Positions 29,846 through 38,543 of a stretch of 64,000 nt of DNA are shown here, piece by piece. How positions within the stretch are numbered: the first letter of the stretch is position 1; each line of letters opens with the position of its first letter. The position numbers and the translations under genes were made by a program. The DNA is from an uncultured candidate division Zixibacteria bacterium. Lineage in GTDB: Bacteria > Zixibacteria > MSB-5A5 > GN15 > PGXB01. The notes under the pieces are model-generated. The model searched no databases. It saw only the letters and a list, made by a program, of their open reading frames with translations, and was not told where the DNA came from. Location of the stretch: assembly GCA_963702205.1 (NCBI GenBank), contig OY969724.1, positions 3,776,001-3,840,000 of the forward strand, in the 5' to 3' direction.

Positions 29846-31213
29846 TCACACAACCAACTCACTCATGAAATCCCGGGCGGTCATCTTCTCGCACGAAAAC
29901 ACCATGTCCCGGATTTCCTTCTGACGATCCTTCGACAGCAATTTCGCCGACAACCCGTTGAATTTAACCGTCAAATCGTCCATGGTCATCGGTTCGCGCG
30001 GATCACCTTTGGGATATTCCAGATACTCGCTGTACTCTTTGCCATCTTTGGTTTTCACTACCACTTTCGACGGCTGCTTGGCCGGGAACATCTTCTCGAA
30101 TTCCTGCGATGCCTCGCCTTTGATCTTGTCGATCACACTCCAGATACGTTCGTCCTTGAGCTTTTCTTCCGAGAACGACTGGGTCGTGATCTGATGATCC
30201 ACCAGCGCCGCGGCCAGACAGTACGGCAACGAATGATCGGCCGTCTCGCGCGATTCGGGACGGTACTTATGAGGATCGAATAGAATATCGCAGGCACGGG
30301 CGATGGTGGTAACCGTCACCTGCTCGACCTGATCGTACTTAATATCGTTTTTCGTCACGACATTCAGCAGGGCCGATAAATGTGTATGAGTCAGCGCTTC
30401 GGTCGGAAACGCCTTCATCCCGCACTCGAGAATTTTGTAGCTCTCTCCGAGCCCGCCGACCAGCTTGTCGGTCGCCCAGTCGGGACCGAAGACGTCCATC
30501 AGGCCTTCCTTGCCCTCGAATACGGCCGTCGTCCCGGTGTACCCCTTTTGAGCCATCAGCGCGGCGAAAACACCCGTCTGCACCGCCATCGGATCGACCG
30601 TGTTTTTCATCATCGTCAGCTTGCCCGCCGTCGGGCAGCCAATCGTATGATTGTGCGCGCCGTTGATGCCGATCGCATGCGCGATCTTTTCGGAATTCAA
30701 ACCGAGCATCTTGCCTGCTACTATCGGCGATACAAACTGCGTCAACGTCGCATGGTGCCACTTGCGCTCCCGCACACCGGGCACCGCGAACAGGCACATA
30801 CGCTGCTCGAACTCGTACGCCAGCACGATCGCGACGATCATGTCTTTCATCGAGGCGTCGGCCATCTCCCCGGTCGACAAAGCCGCCGGGATCAAATCCG
30901 ACGGATGCGAGGGGTCTTCTTTCCAGTAAATATCGTTGAAATCGAGGGCGCGAATCATTAGCGAATTGACCAGGGTCGCGTTGACTCCCGGAATTTTATC
31001 CCCGAAACCGATGACCGTAGCTTCATCTTTGCCGCCCATCTCTTTATATATGACGCGCAGGATATTGACGTCCTTCGTATGATACCCGCCGAATGCACAC
31101 CCGATTGAATCGTACAGGTACCGTTTGACTTCGGTGACGACCTTTTCGGGTAGGTCTTCGTATCTGAGCTTCACCGCGAATTCCGCAATCTGCTGTGAAA
31201 TCGTTTTTTCCAT
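29846..31213 (-). CDS. prpD: MmgE/PrpD-family dehydratase
   Basis: 'RALDFND...SHPSD', 'RETADHSLPY', 'YPKGDPREP'. The substrate is uncertain (see findings). Confidence 0.85.
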   Translation of the reverse strand: MEKTISQQIAEFAVKLRYEDLPEKVVTEVKRYLYDSIGCAFGGYHTKDVNILRVIYKEMGGKDEATVIGFGDKIPGVNATLVNSLMIRALDFNDIYWKEDPSHPSDLIPAALSTGEMADASMKDMIVAIVLAYEFEQRMCLFAVPGVRERKWHHATLTQFVSPIVAGKMLGLNSEKIAHAIGINGAHNHTIGCPTAGKLTMMKNTVDPMAVQTGVFAALMAQKGYTGTTAVFEGKEGLMDVFGPDWATDKLVGGLGESYKILECGMKAFPTEALTHTHLSALLNVVTKNDIKYDQVEQVTVTTIARACDILFDPHKYRPESRETADHSLPYCLAAALVDHQITTQSFSEEKLKDERIWSVIDKIKGEASQEFEKMFPAKQPSKVVVKTKDGKEYSEYLEYPKGDPREPMTMDDLTVKFNGLSAKLLSKDRQKEIRDMVFSCEKMTARDFMSELVV

Positions 31214-31230
31214 TTTCGTTTCCTTTATAT

Positions 31231-32508
31231 TTAATTTTGTATTGCCACGTTAGCGGGCGGTTCGAACGCCAGGTACTCGCGGAAAGCCCGGCTGGTCGAT
31301 ACGACAATCATGCACAGCGACGTCGTCGCGCCGCAGATAATAAAAATCAAACTAACGTCATTATCGAGCAGTTCCGCCACGACCCCGGCCAGCCCCATGC
31401 CCAGCGGCATCAAGCCCCCGGCGATTGTCTGCAGCAGCCCGAACACCCGCCCTCGGATTTCTCCCGGAGTCGTAATTTGCAGAATTGTCAAAATATACAC
31501 ATTAATGATTCCGCTGAACATCCCGATCATCAGCGTCACAAACAATGCCAGGAAAGTATCGAAGATGACCGCGAACAGTGCAAATTGTATACCCTGCAGA
31601 AACAGCAGTATTATTATCAGACGCGAGCGGCCCGTGCCGGAAATCTTAAGTGCCCCAGCGACGGCATACCCGATCAGCGCCCCAACCCCGAACGCGGCCA
31701 GAATAAAACCGAACCAGTCCGGTGTTGCGCCAAGCTGATCCTCTACATAGAACGGCATAAGCACGGCGAACGGAGCGGAGAAGAAATTCAGGAAGGTAGC
31801 GGCGACAAACAAGTTACGCATGCCCCGTCGCTGCCAGACATATTTCAAACCTTCAATCAAATCGGCCTTAAATTTTCGCATCTTCTCTCCGGCCGTACCG
31901 ACTTTCTCCGGCATAACCTGCGGTATGGATATAAACGACTCACTCAACGCACTGAATAAATAAGTTATGCCATCTATGATAAACAAAAGCGGTGCCCCCA
32001 GAATCCGAAACAATACGCCGCCCAGCCCCTGTCCCACGAACAACGAAACCTGCATCGACGATTGATTCATGGAATTGGCCGCCTGTACCTTGTCGGTCGG
32101 CACCAGATCGGGAATCGACGCCTGTATGGCCGGTCTGAAGAACGATCCGATGATACCGACAAAAACCGAAACCACGAACAGAATCGCCACGATGGCGCTC
32201 TTCTCAGCCGGTATATATATCAGCATCGCCCCGGCGATCAGAACACCAATACCGCAAAGAACGTCCGACAGGACGATGATCTTCTTGCGCGAATACAAAT
32301 CCGCGACCGTCCCCCCGACCGGGCCGAGAATAACCGAGGGCAGCATCGCCGCCATCATCAGGGTCCCCATCAGCGCCGCCGAGCCGGTGGCGTGTTTGAT
32401 CCAGAACATCACGGCAATATAGTGCACCTGGTTGCCGAGCTGGCTGATCAGTTGCCCCTGCCAGAGGAGGAAGAAGTTCTTATTGAGAAGTTTAGTTGCC
32501 GCCGTCAA
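31231..32508 (-). CDS. MFS transporter (DHA3/EntS-like)
   Basis: 'NFFLLWQGQLISQLG', about 12 TM segments, 'RGRVFG'; TTG start overlaps the upstream TGA. Confidence 0.85.
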   Translation of the reverse strand: MTAATKLLNKNFFLLWQGQLISQLGNQVHYIAVMFWIKHATGSAALMGTLMMAAMLPSVILGPVGGTVADLYSRKKIIVLSDVLCGIGVLIAGAMLIYIPAEKSAIVAILFVVSVFVGIIGSFFRPAIQASIPDLVPTDKVQAANSMNQSSMQVSLFVGQGLGGVLFRILGAPLLFIIDGITYLFSALSESFISIPQVMPEKVGTAGEKMRKFKADLIEGLKYVWQRRGMRNLFVAATFLNFFSAPFAVLMPFYVEDQLGATPDWFGFILAAFGVGALIGYAVAGALKISGTGRSRLIIILLFLQGIQFALFAVIFDTFLALFVTLMIGMFSGIINVYILTILQITTPGEIRGRVFGLLQTIAGGLMPLGMGLAGVVAELLDNDVSLIFIICGATTSLCMIVVSTSRAFREYLAFEPPANVAIQN

Positions 32509-34475
32509 ATTCTGCCCTTAACCCATTTTTCCAGTCCCCCGGCCAGGATCAATTCCTGCGCCGCCGATCCGACCGGCCCGATTTCATAACTTTTGCCGTC
32601 GAATTCCAGAGTGGATTGTTTTATGTCTATAGTACAATTTGTTTCTGTACGTACCGTCAACTTTTTATCACCAAATTTCGCCTTCAAGTCGCGGATAAAA
32701 TCCGGGGCCTCTATTGTCAGGTAACCGTTGTTGAGGGCATTGCGCTTGTACGTTTGCGAAAACGACCCGGCGATAATCAGACGAATCCCCCGGTACTTCA
32801 GCGATGTCGCCGCCTGTTCGCGCGACGAGCCCGTTCCGAAATTGAATCCCCCGGCCAGGATATCCCCGGCCTTGACCAGATCGCCGAATTCGGGGTCATA
32901 GTTTTCCATCACGACTTCGGCCTGCTGTTCGGGAGTGAAATCGTCGATATACGTGTACTTACCGGGATAAATGCCGTCGGTATTTAAATTGTCCTGACAA
33001 CAGAAAATAACTTCACCCTCGATTTTTTCGGGAAAACCTTCGAGCACTTTGACCGGCCCGGAAGCTTTGGCTTTCTTGACCGCCGCTTTGATTTCGAAAT
33101 TGGGCGGCTTGTCATCGAAGTCACCGGGGAAATCTATCCTCCCGGCCAGCGCCGATGATGCCACCACCGCCGGAGACGCCAGATAAGCCTCGGCCGAGCG
33201 CGAGCCCATACGGCCCTTAAAGTTCCTGTTCGTGGCCGAAATGCCGACCTCGTTGTCTTCGAGCGTACCCGCGCCGAGTCCGATGCACGGCCCGCAGCCG
33301 GGCGGAAGCTCGATCGCTCCGGCGTCGAGCAGGGCCTTCCAGTCACCGCGTCGCTCGCTTTCAGCCTGCACCTCCGACGACGCCGCCGATAAATAAAACT
33401 TAACATGGTCGGCGACCTTCTTGCCCCGTGCGACCGCCGCCGCCTCGGCCAGGTCCTCGACCCGGCTGTTGACGCACGACAACAAATAAGCCTTATGTAC
33501 CTTCACGTCTTTTTTGCGCATGGCCGCAATCGAAGTCATGGTTTTAACGTTGTTCGGGCCGGACACGTACGGCTGCACCGTCGACAAATCCAGCGACATC
33601 TCGGCGGCATACGAGGCATCCGGGTCGGCCGTCGGAATATTCTTTTCCAGCTCTTCGATTCGTTTTATATTCATGCGCGGATGGCCGTCGGTACTATCGG
33701 CATCCGACGGCACCCCCGCCGGGCCACGCTTTTCGATAAACGCCGCACGGCGTTTAAGCCATCCGATAGTCAGCTCATCGACCGGAAAAACCCCGGCCAG
33801 CGCGCCCCACTCGGTCGTCATATTAGATATAGTCAGCCTCTGGTCGACCGACAGCGCCTTCACACCATCGCCGACAAACTCGACTGCGTAGTTGAGCACT
33901 TCATCTTTGTTGAACAGTCCGCACAGGGTTATAATAACGTCCTTGCCGGTCACGCCAGTCTTGAGGGTTCCGGTGAGTTCCACTTTCGCGACCGGGAAAA
34001 CCTGCCACCAGGTCCGACCCGTGGCCCAGATCGCCGCCGCGTCGGTTCGTACAATCGGCGTCCCCAAACAACCCAGACCGCCGTACATATTGGAATGACT
34101 GTCCGACGCCACCATCATCTCACCCGGCCAGGCATAACCTTCCTCGCACATCACCTGATGCCCGATGCCTCTTCCCGCCGGATAAAAATCAACCCCCATC
34201 GATTTGGCGAACGCTTCGATATTGGCGTACTTCTTGAGGTTTTCTTCGCTCTTGTTCTGTATATCATGGTCGAGCGCGAAGACCGGCTGACGCGGGTCCG
34301 CCATTTTGGTCGCCCCGATAGCCTTGAATTTACCCATCACCGCGCCGGTGTTGTCGTGCGTCATGACATGCGCCGGTTTAATCGAAAGATAATCGCCGGA
34401 GCGTACGACGTGCCCGTCATCGAGCCCCACCGCAAACTTCTGTGCTATTTTTTCAACGAGGTTCTGCCCTGCCAT
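32505..34475 (-). CDS. lysF: Single-chain, fungal LYS4/LysF-type homoaconitase, 656 aa
   Basis: 'GQNLVEKI', 'DHDIQNKSEENL', 'YPAGRGIGHQ', 'ASDSHSNMYGG', 'TPIVRTDAAAIWATGRTWWQ', 'SCVNSR', 'CGPCIGLG', fused swivel domain 'GSSREQAA'; SD AAAGGA before ATG 34475. Confidence 0.85.
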   Translation of the reverse strand: MAGQNLVEKIAQKFAVGLDDGHVVRSGDYLSIKPAHVMTHDNTGAVMGKFKAIGATKMADPRQPVFALDHDIQNKSEENLKKYANIEAFAKSMGVDFYPAGRGIGHQVMCEEGYAWPGEMMVASDSHSNMYGGLGCLGTPIVRTDAAAIWATGRTWWQVFPVAKVELTGTLKTGVTGKDVIITLCGLFNKDEVLNYAVEFVGDGVKALSVDQRLTISNMTTEWGALAGVFPVDELTIGWLKRRAAFIEKRGPAGVPSDADSTDGHPRMNIKRIEELEKNIPTADPDASYAAEMSLDLSTVQPYVSGPNNVKTMTSIAAMRKKDVKVHKAYLLSCVNSRVEDLAEAAAVARGKKVADHVKFYLSAASSEVQAESERRGDWKALLDAGAIELPPGCGPCIGLGAGTLEDNEVGISATNRNFKGRMGSRSAEAYLASPAVVASSALAGRIDFPGDFDDKPPNFEIKAAVKKAKASGPVKVLEGFPEKIEGEVIFCCQDNLNTDGIYPGKYTYIDDFTPEQQAEVVMENYDPEFGDLVKAGDILAGGFNFGTGSSREQAATSLKYRGIRLIIAGSFSQTYKRNALNNGYLTIEAPDFIRDLKAKFGDKKLTVRTETNCTIDIKQSTLEFDGKSYEIGPVGSAAQELILAGGLEKWVKGRI

Positions 34476-34554
34476 ATATCTATCCTTTCGCTTGATTTCA
34501 ATCCAAGTTCCGTCTTCTAATTTCGGGGTGCCCCGCCGCTTGCGGTGGGGTCTT

Positions 34555-34624
34555 AATCTTCGTAGGTCGGGTTTTGTGGGCGGCAGATGTCCACATCTGC
34601 CCCTCTTCTCCATGTTCTGTCAAG
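34555..34624. repeat. Truncated composite REP array at the left boundary of an AT-rich gene
   Basis: AATCTTCGTAGGTCGGGTT (34555-34573, identical to 35481-35499), the GTGG REP at 34576-34609, and a GTTCTGTCA remnant. Confidence 0.75.
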
Positions 34625-34627
34625 TTA

Positions 34628-35440
34628 CTATCTTTTTCTCCAATTTGGATCAATTTGCGTCATGAACTCGTTCAAGTGATTTATTGGTATTATTGCACCA
34701 AGCCCACTATTTGCAAGCACTTTTCCATCAACATTTATGCTATCACTTACGACTTCATATTTATGCTCATCATATTCATAAATATTAACATACCCTTTCA
34801 TAATGCCCAGTAAATTATTAAAGCAGTCAAAGATGGGGCTACCACTGCTCCCTCTTATGCTCATAGCATCTATTAAATAAAGGCCATTATAATATTCGGC
34901 ATCCAGAGCAATACAACCTTGTCTATAAACCGGAGCAATCCTATTACTGAAAGAAATGCCGTTCGGAAACCCCAAGTAGTATATTTCAGTACCTCTTATT
35001 ATCTTACCAATATCTTGAAATTTTGATTTTGGTGCTGCGCCAATATCCCATGAATCTTCTTTCTTACATACCAATACAGCCGCCAAGTCAACAGCGGTAT
35101 CTAATGGTGATATCAAATTATCCTTTATATTAAAATATTTATCTAAAGAAACAGTATCAGATACGTCCTTAAAACCAGGCTTTAATTTTACTCTAATAAA
35201 TAATTCAGCATTTGATTTTAAGACGTGCTTATTCGATATAAGTACCGCGTAGCAATGCGGATCATATGAGTAAATGAAAAAGCCAGTGCCTATAGTTGCG
35301 TATGTTGAATCATTTTGATTTAATTGCATTATTGGGACAATTGATTTATCCCATAAATCTGTGTCTAATGGGCCGCATGCCAGACTATATGAAATTGAAA
35401 TGCCAAAATATATTATGATGATTTTCCCTAAGAGCCTCAT
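34628..35440 (-). CDS. Trypsin-like (S1) serine peptidase, AT-rich gene
   Basis: 'GTGFF', 'SNKHV', 'DLAAV', 'GSSGSP'; N-terminal hydrophobic leader; visibly more AT-rich than its neighbours. Confidence 0.8.
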   Translation of the reverse strand: MRLLGKIIIIYFGISISYSLACGPLDTDLWDKSIVPIMQLNQNDSTYATIGTGFFIYSYDPHCYAVLISNKHVLKSNAELFIRVKLKPGFKDVSDTVSLDKYFNIKDNLISPLDTAVDLAAVLVCKKEDSWDIGAAPKSKFQDIGKIIRGTEIYYLGFPNGISFSNRIAPVYRQGCIALDAEYYNGLYLIDAMSIRGSSGSPIFDCFNNLLGIMKGYVNIYEYDEHKYEVVSDSINVDGKVLANSGLGAIIPINHLNEFMTQIDPNWRKR

Positions 35441-35480
35441 TGTATGCCTCTTTAGATAATACAATTATTATTAATTTTTC

Positions 35481-35591
35481 AATCTTCGTAGGTCGGGTTC
35501 CGATTCTTCGAGAAACCCGACATCCTGGATTCCCGCCTTCTACGTTCTGTCAGGTCCTGCTTCCGATGAAGTCGGGAGTGTGACCTGACAG
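35481..35591. repeat. Composite REP array
   Basis: GTAGGTCGGGTT...AACCCGACATCCTGGATT plus CTGTCAGGTC...GACCTGACAG. Confidence 0.8.
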
Positions 35592-35661
35592 TCTTCAACA
35601 ATGTCCGTGAATTATATCAAAAAACCGGGTGAAAAGTAAAGCAGAGATTAATTTTATACGG

Positions 35662-36501
35662 CTATCGGTTGCGATTCCCAAAAACCAGCGAAACCACAAT
35701 ATACACCACCCCGGCCAGAAGAATTATGGTCGCTCCGGCGGGAAGGCCGGGCCCATAACTTATCGCCAGCCCGACAACGGTAAAAAGAACCCCCAATATC
35801 GCGGCATAAATCATAGTCCGCTTAAGCGTCCGGGCGAAAAGCGACGCCACCGCCGGCGGAAGCGTCAACAAAGCGATAACCATAATGATTCCCACCACCG
35901 AAACCAGTATCACGACCGTAAGCGCCGTCAAAATCAGCAGCAGCAGATAATAAAACTCGACGTTTATCCCCCGCACCCGCGCGAATTCCTCGTCGAAACA
36001 AACCGCCTGCAACTGATTATAGAACAGGACAACCGTCCCGATGACCGCCGCATCGAGCACGGCTATCATAAGTACATCCGGCGCTCCGACCAGCAGAATA
36101 TTGCCGAACAGGTAACTCATAAGATTGGCGCTGTAACCCGGCGTGCGCGAAATGAACAATATCCCGAGCGCCATACCTACCGCCCAGATCGCCCCGATCA
36201 CCGTGTCCTCGCGCTGACGAGCCTTCAGTGATACCCAGCCGATGATCGCGGCCGCCACCACCGCCGCGACCGCGCCGCCGTATATCGGATGCAGCCAGCT
36301 TTGATTGTGGACTATCTGAATATAATAGGCCGCGCCCAGCCCGCCCAGAAGGCTGTGGGCGATGCCGCCGCCGATGTATGAGATACGCCGCGTGACGACA
36401 AACGTCCCGACCACGCCCCCGGCAATCGACGCCAGTACCCCGGCTGCCAGGGTGTACTGCAAAAACGGGTAGCGCGCGACGGCGGCGAAAAACTCGGTCA
36501 T
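35662..36501 (-). CDS. znuB: Zn/Mn ABC transporter permease
   Basis: 'GGIAHSLLGG', 'EDTVIGAIW', 'SYLFGNIL', 'FDEEFA'. The start at 36501 overlaps the ATPase stop. Confidence 0.9.
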   Translation of the reverse strand: MTEFFAAVARYPFLQYTLAAGVLASIAGGVVGTFVVTRRISYIGGGIAHSLLGGLGAAYYIQIVHNQSWLHPIYGGAVAAVVAAAIIGWVSLKARQREDTVIGAIWAVGMALGILFISRTPGYSANLMSYLFGNILLVGAPDVLMIAVLDAAVIGTVVLFYNQLQAVCFDEEFARVRGINVEFYYLLLLILTALTVVILVSVVGIIMVIALLTLPPAVASLFARTLKRTMIYAAILGVLFTVVGLAISYGPGLPAGATIILLAGVVYIVVSLVFGNRNR

Positions 36502-37253
36502 TTGTTTTCTCCATCGTCGACGTGCTGATCGTGGCGAACCATCCGAAGGTCGCCGGAATAAAGCTCGCTTAAAAATGTCGCGTCGATCTTGGTCGTCGGG
36601 TGCATGTGGGCCCGGCGGTTGACACAAAGCACCTCTTTGACGTTCTCCGAAACAAAGGCCGGATCGTGCGACACCATAATAACCGTCATCTCTCCCGCCA
36701 GACCGGTCAAAAATTCCAGCAGTTCGCGCGCGACAACGAGATCCAAATTGGCGGTCGGTTCATCGAGAATCAAAAGCTGCGGTCGGCAAGCCAGAGCCCG
36801 CGCCACCAGAAGCCTCCGCAACTGCCCGCCCGACAGCGCCGAAAACGGACGATCTTTCAGATCGACCAGACCGACTTTTCCCAGGGCATAGAGCGCGGCC
36901 TCCAGATCGACGGTTTTGTACCCGCCAAACTTAGTGCCGTTGCCAAGACGCCCCATCAAAGCGACGTCCAGAACCGTGATTGGAAAGCGAAGGTCTAATT
37001 GCGCCGATTGCGGCATATAGCCGATTTTGCGACGGGCGTGCCGAGGCGATCCGCCAAATACGGTCACTTTGCCGGTGTCCGGTTCCAGCAAACCAAGAAT
37101 CAATTTGATAAGCGTCGTCTTGCCGCCGCCGTTGGGCCCGACAATCCACGTAAACTGGTTTTCGACGATATCCAGCGCGACATTTTTCAGAGCCACCGTC
37201 TCACCATAAGAGAAGCTCACGTTTTCGAATTTGACTACAACTTGATCGCTCAC
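36498..37253 (-). CDS. znuC: Zn/Mn ABC transporter ATPase
   Basis: GPNGGGKT, 'IGYMPQ', LSGGQ, 'LDEPT'. Confidence 0.9.
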   Translation of the reverse strand: MSDQVVVKFENVSFSYGETVALKNVALDIVENQFTWIVGPNGGGKTTLIKLILGLLEPDTGKVTVFGGSPRHARRKIGYMPQSAQLDLRFPITVLDVALMGRLGNGTKFGGYKTVDLEAALYALGKVGLVDLKDRPFSALSGGQLRRLLVARALACRPQLLILDEPTANLDLVVARELLEFLTGLAGEMTVIMVSHDPAFVSENVKEVLCVNRRAHMHPTTKIDATFLSELYSGDLRMVRHDQHVDDGENK

Positions 37254-38171
37254 GGCTGACCTCCTAACGCAGTCGATATGGCATCGGCTATACTTTTAAG
37301 ATTTTCGATATACTGGTACGCCAGCGGATCAATCGCGACAACTTTGGCATCAAGCTCTGCCGCCAGCCTGTCGGCCATGTCGGTCGAAAATTGCTTCTCG
37401 ATAAAAATCGTTTTGACATGCTCTGAGATCATTTCTTTTATCAGATCGGCCAGTTCTCTTGCCGACGGTTCCTTGCCCTCGATTTCGATCGCCTTTTGAT
37501 GCAGCCCGTACGCCTCAGCGAAGTACCCAAAAGCCGGATGCATCACATAGAAATTTCTGCCCCGGTACGGTTTCAATTCCTCGACTATCAAAGAGTCTGT
37601 CGTCTCCAGGTCGTTTTTTAATTTTAGAAAGTTCGCGTCGAAGGCATCTTTATGGTCGGGATCGATCTTGATCAACGCGTCGCGAATCGTTTCGGACATT
37701 TGCACCGCTCGTGTCGGGTCAAGCCAGATATGCGGATCGGGCGCTCCGGACGGTTCAGGCGTTGCACTGCGCAAATGTGATGACTCCATCGGTATTTTGG
37801 CTATCCCCTGATCGGCATGGACAATCGTCACACCCGGCATACTGCTTCTAATCTTTGCAAACAAAGCGTCTTCAAATGGCACCCCGATACCGAACAGGAC
37901 GTCGGCGTCGGAGAGTTCCGCCATTTGTTGCGGCGTCGGCTCGAACGTTTCCGGCGACTGGCCGGGCTGCACCAATACGGATGCCTTTACATATTCCCCG
38001 CCGACTCTCTGCACCAGATACGCCTCGGGGAAAATACTCGCGAAAGCATCAATTGTACCTTTGTGGTCCGTGTTATTTTTATAATTTCCACATGATAGTG
38101 ACAATCAATGGTACGATTGCCAGCGAGAAGAAAGGGTATAACGCTTTTTTTTTAAATTCCGGCCTTTTCAT
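37250..38171 (-). CDS. znuA: Zn/Mn ABC substrate-binding lipoprotein, apparently frameshifted near 38105
   Basis: 'DPHIWLDP', 'HPAFGYFA', 'GKEPS'. The signal peptide MKRPEFKKKALYPFFSLAIVPL (ATG 38171) is one base out of frame with LSLS-C and the mature domain. Confidence 0.8.
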
Positions 38172-38176
38172 ATCAT

Positions 38177-38449
38177 TCACTTCTTCTTTTTGCTCCGCGT
38201 GTTGCAGACTAAGTATATTTCATGGCAGTCCCGGCATTCGCTGACCGAATGATTTTCCGAAAACTCATCCCAGTGCCTTTTCTGCGACGGGCTCAGGATC
38301 CCCGTCCCGCTGCAAAGAGGACAGGTGTTTTCGAGCGCGGTCAAAAGCGCGTTGCGGATAAACTCCGAGCGGTTCGGCACACCCTTCAAAGCCGCTATAA
38401 GCGATTGATCCACTTTAAATGTAATGATTTCCGTTTTGCCTTTGTTCAT
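38177..38449 (-). CDS. Ribbon-helix-helix (CopG-like) regulator with Cys-rich C-terminal domain
   Basis: 'IITFKVD...NRSEFIRNAL' RHH pattern, then CPLC...CRDCH...C; first gene of the znu operon. Confidence 0.8.
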   Translation of the reverse strand: MNKGKTEIITFKVDQSLIAALKGVPNRSEFIRNALLTALENTCPLCSGTGILSPSQKRHWDEFSENHSVSECRDCHEIYLVCNTRSKKKK

Positions 38450-38475
38450 ATATATCTCCGTTGAGATTTCATTAA

Positions 38476-38490
38476 TAATACAAAGTATTA
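38476..38490. promoter_or_regulatory. Palindromic candidate operator TAATAC-AAA-GTATTA
   Basis: Perfect 6-3-6 palindrome overlapping the spacer and -10 of a minus-strand TTGTTT-N16-TATTAT promoter-like sequence. Confidence 0.55.
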
Positions 38491-38503
38491 CTTTTTAAAC
38501 AAC

Positions 38504-38530
38504 AAAAAAGGGCCCTCGGCCCTTTTTTTT
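38504..38530. terminator. Intrinsic terminator
   Basis: AAAAAAGGGCC-ctc-GGCCCTTTTTT. Confidence 0.8.
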
Positions 38531-38543
38531 GAAAATATTTCTA

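Noticed and set aside
34476..34613. 46-aa N-terminal extension of the homoaconitase in the ORF track
   Set aside because: It is largely translated REP sequence. A good SD precedes ATG 34475, where family similarity begins.
38105..38107. In-frame TGA before the znuA ORF as a selenocysteine codon, or slippage at the A9 run
   Set aside because: The upstream sequence in that frame is not a signal peptide and has no start. Slippage at A9 runs into this TGA, and the hydrophobic leader is in the other frame.
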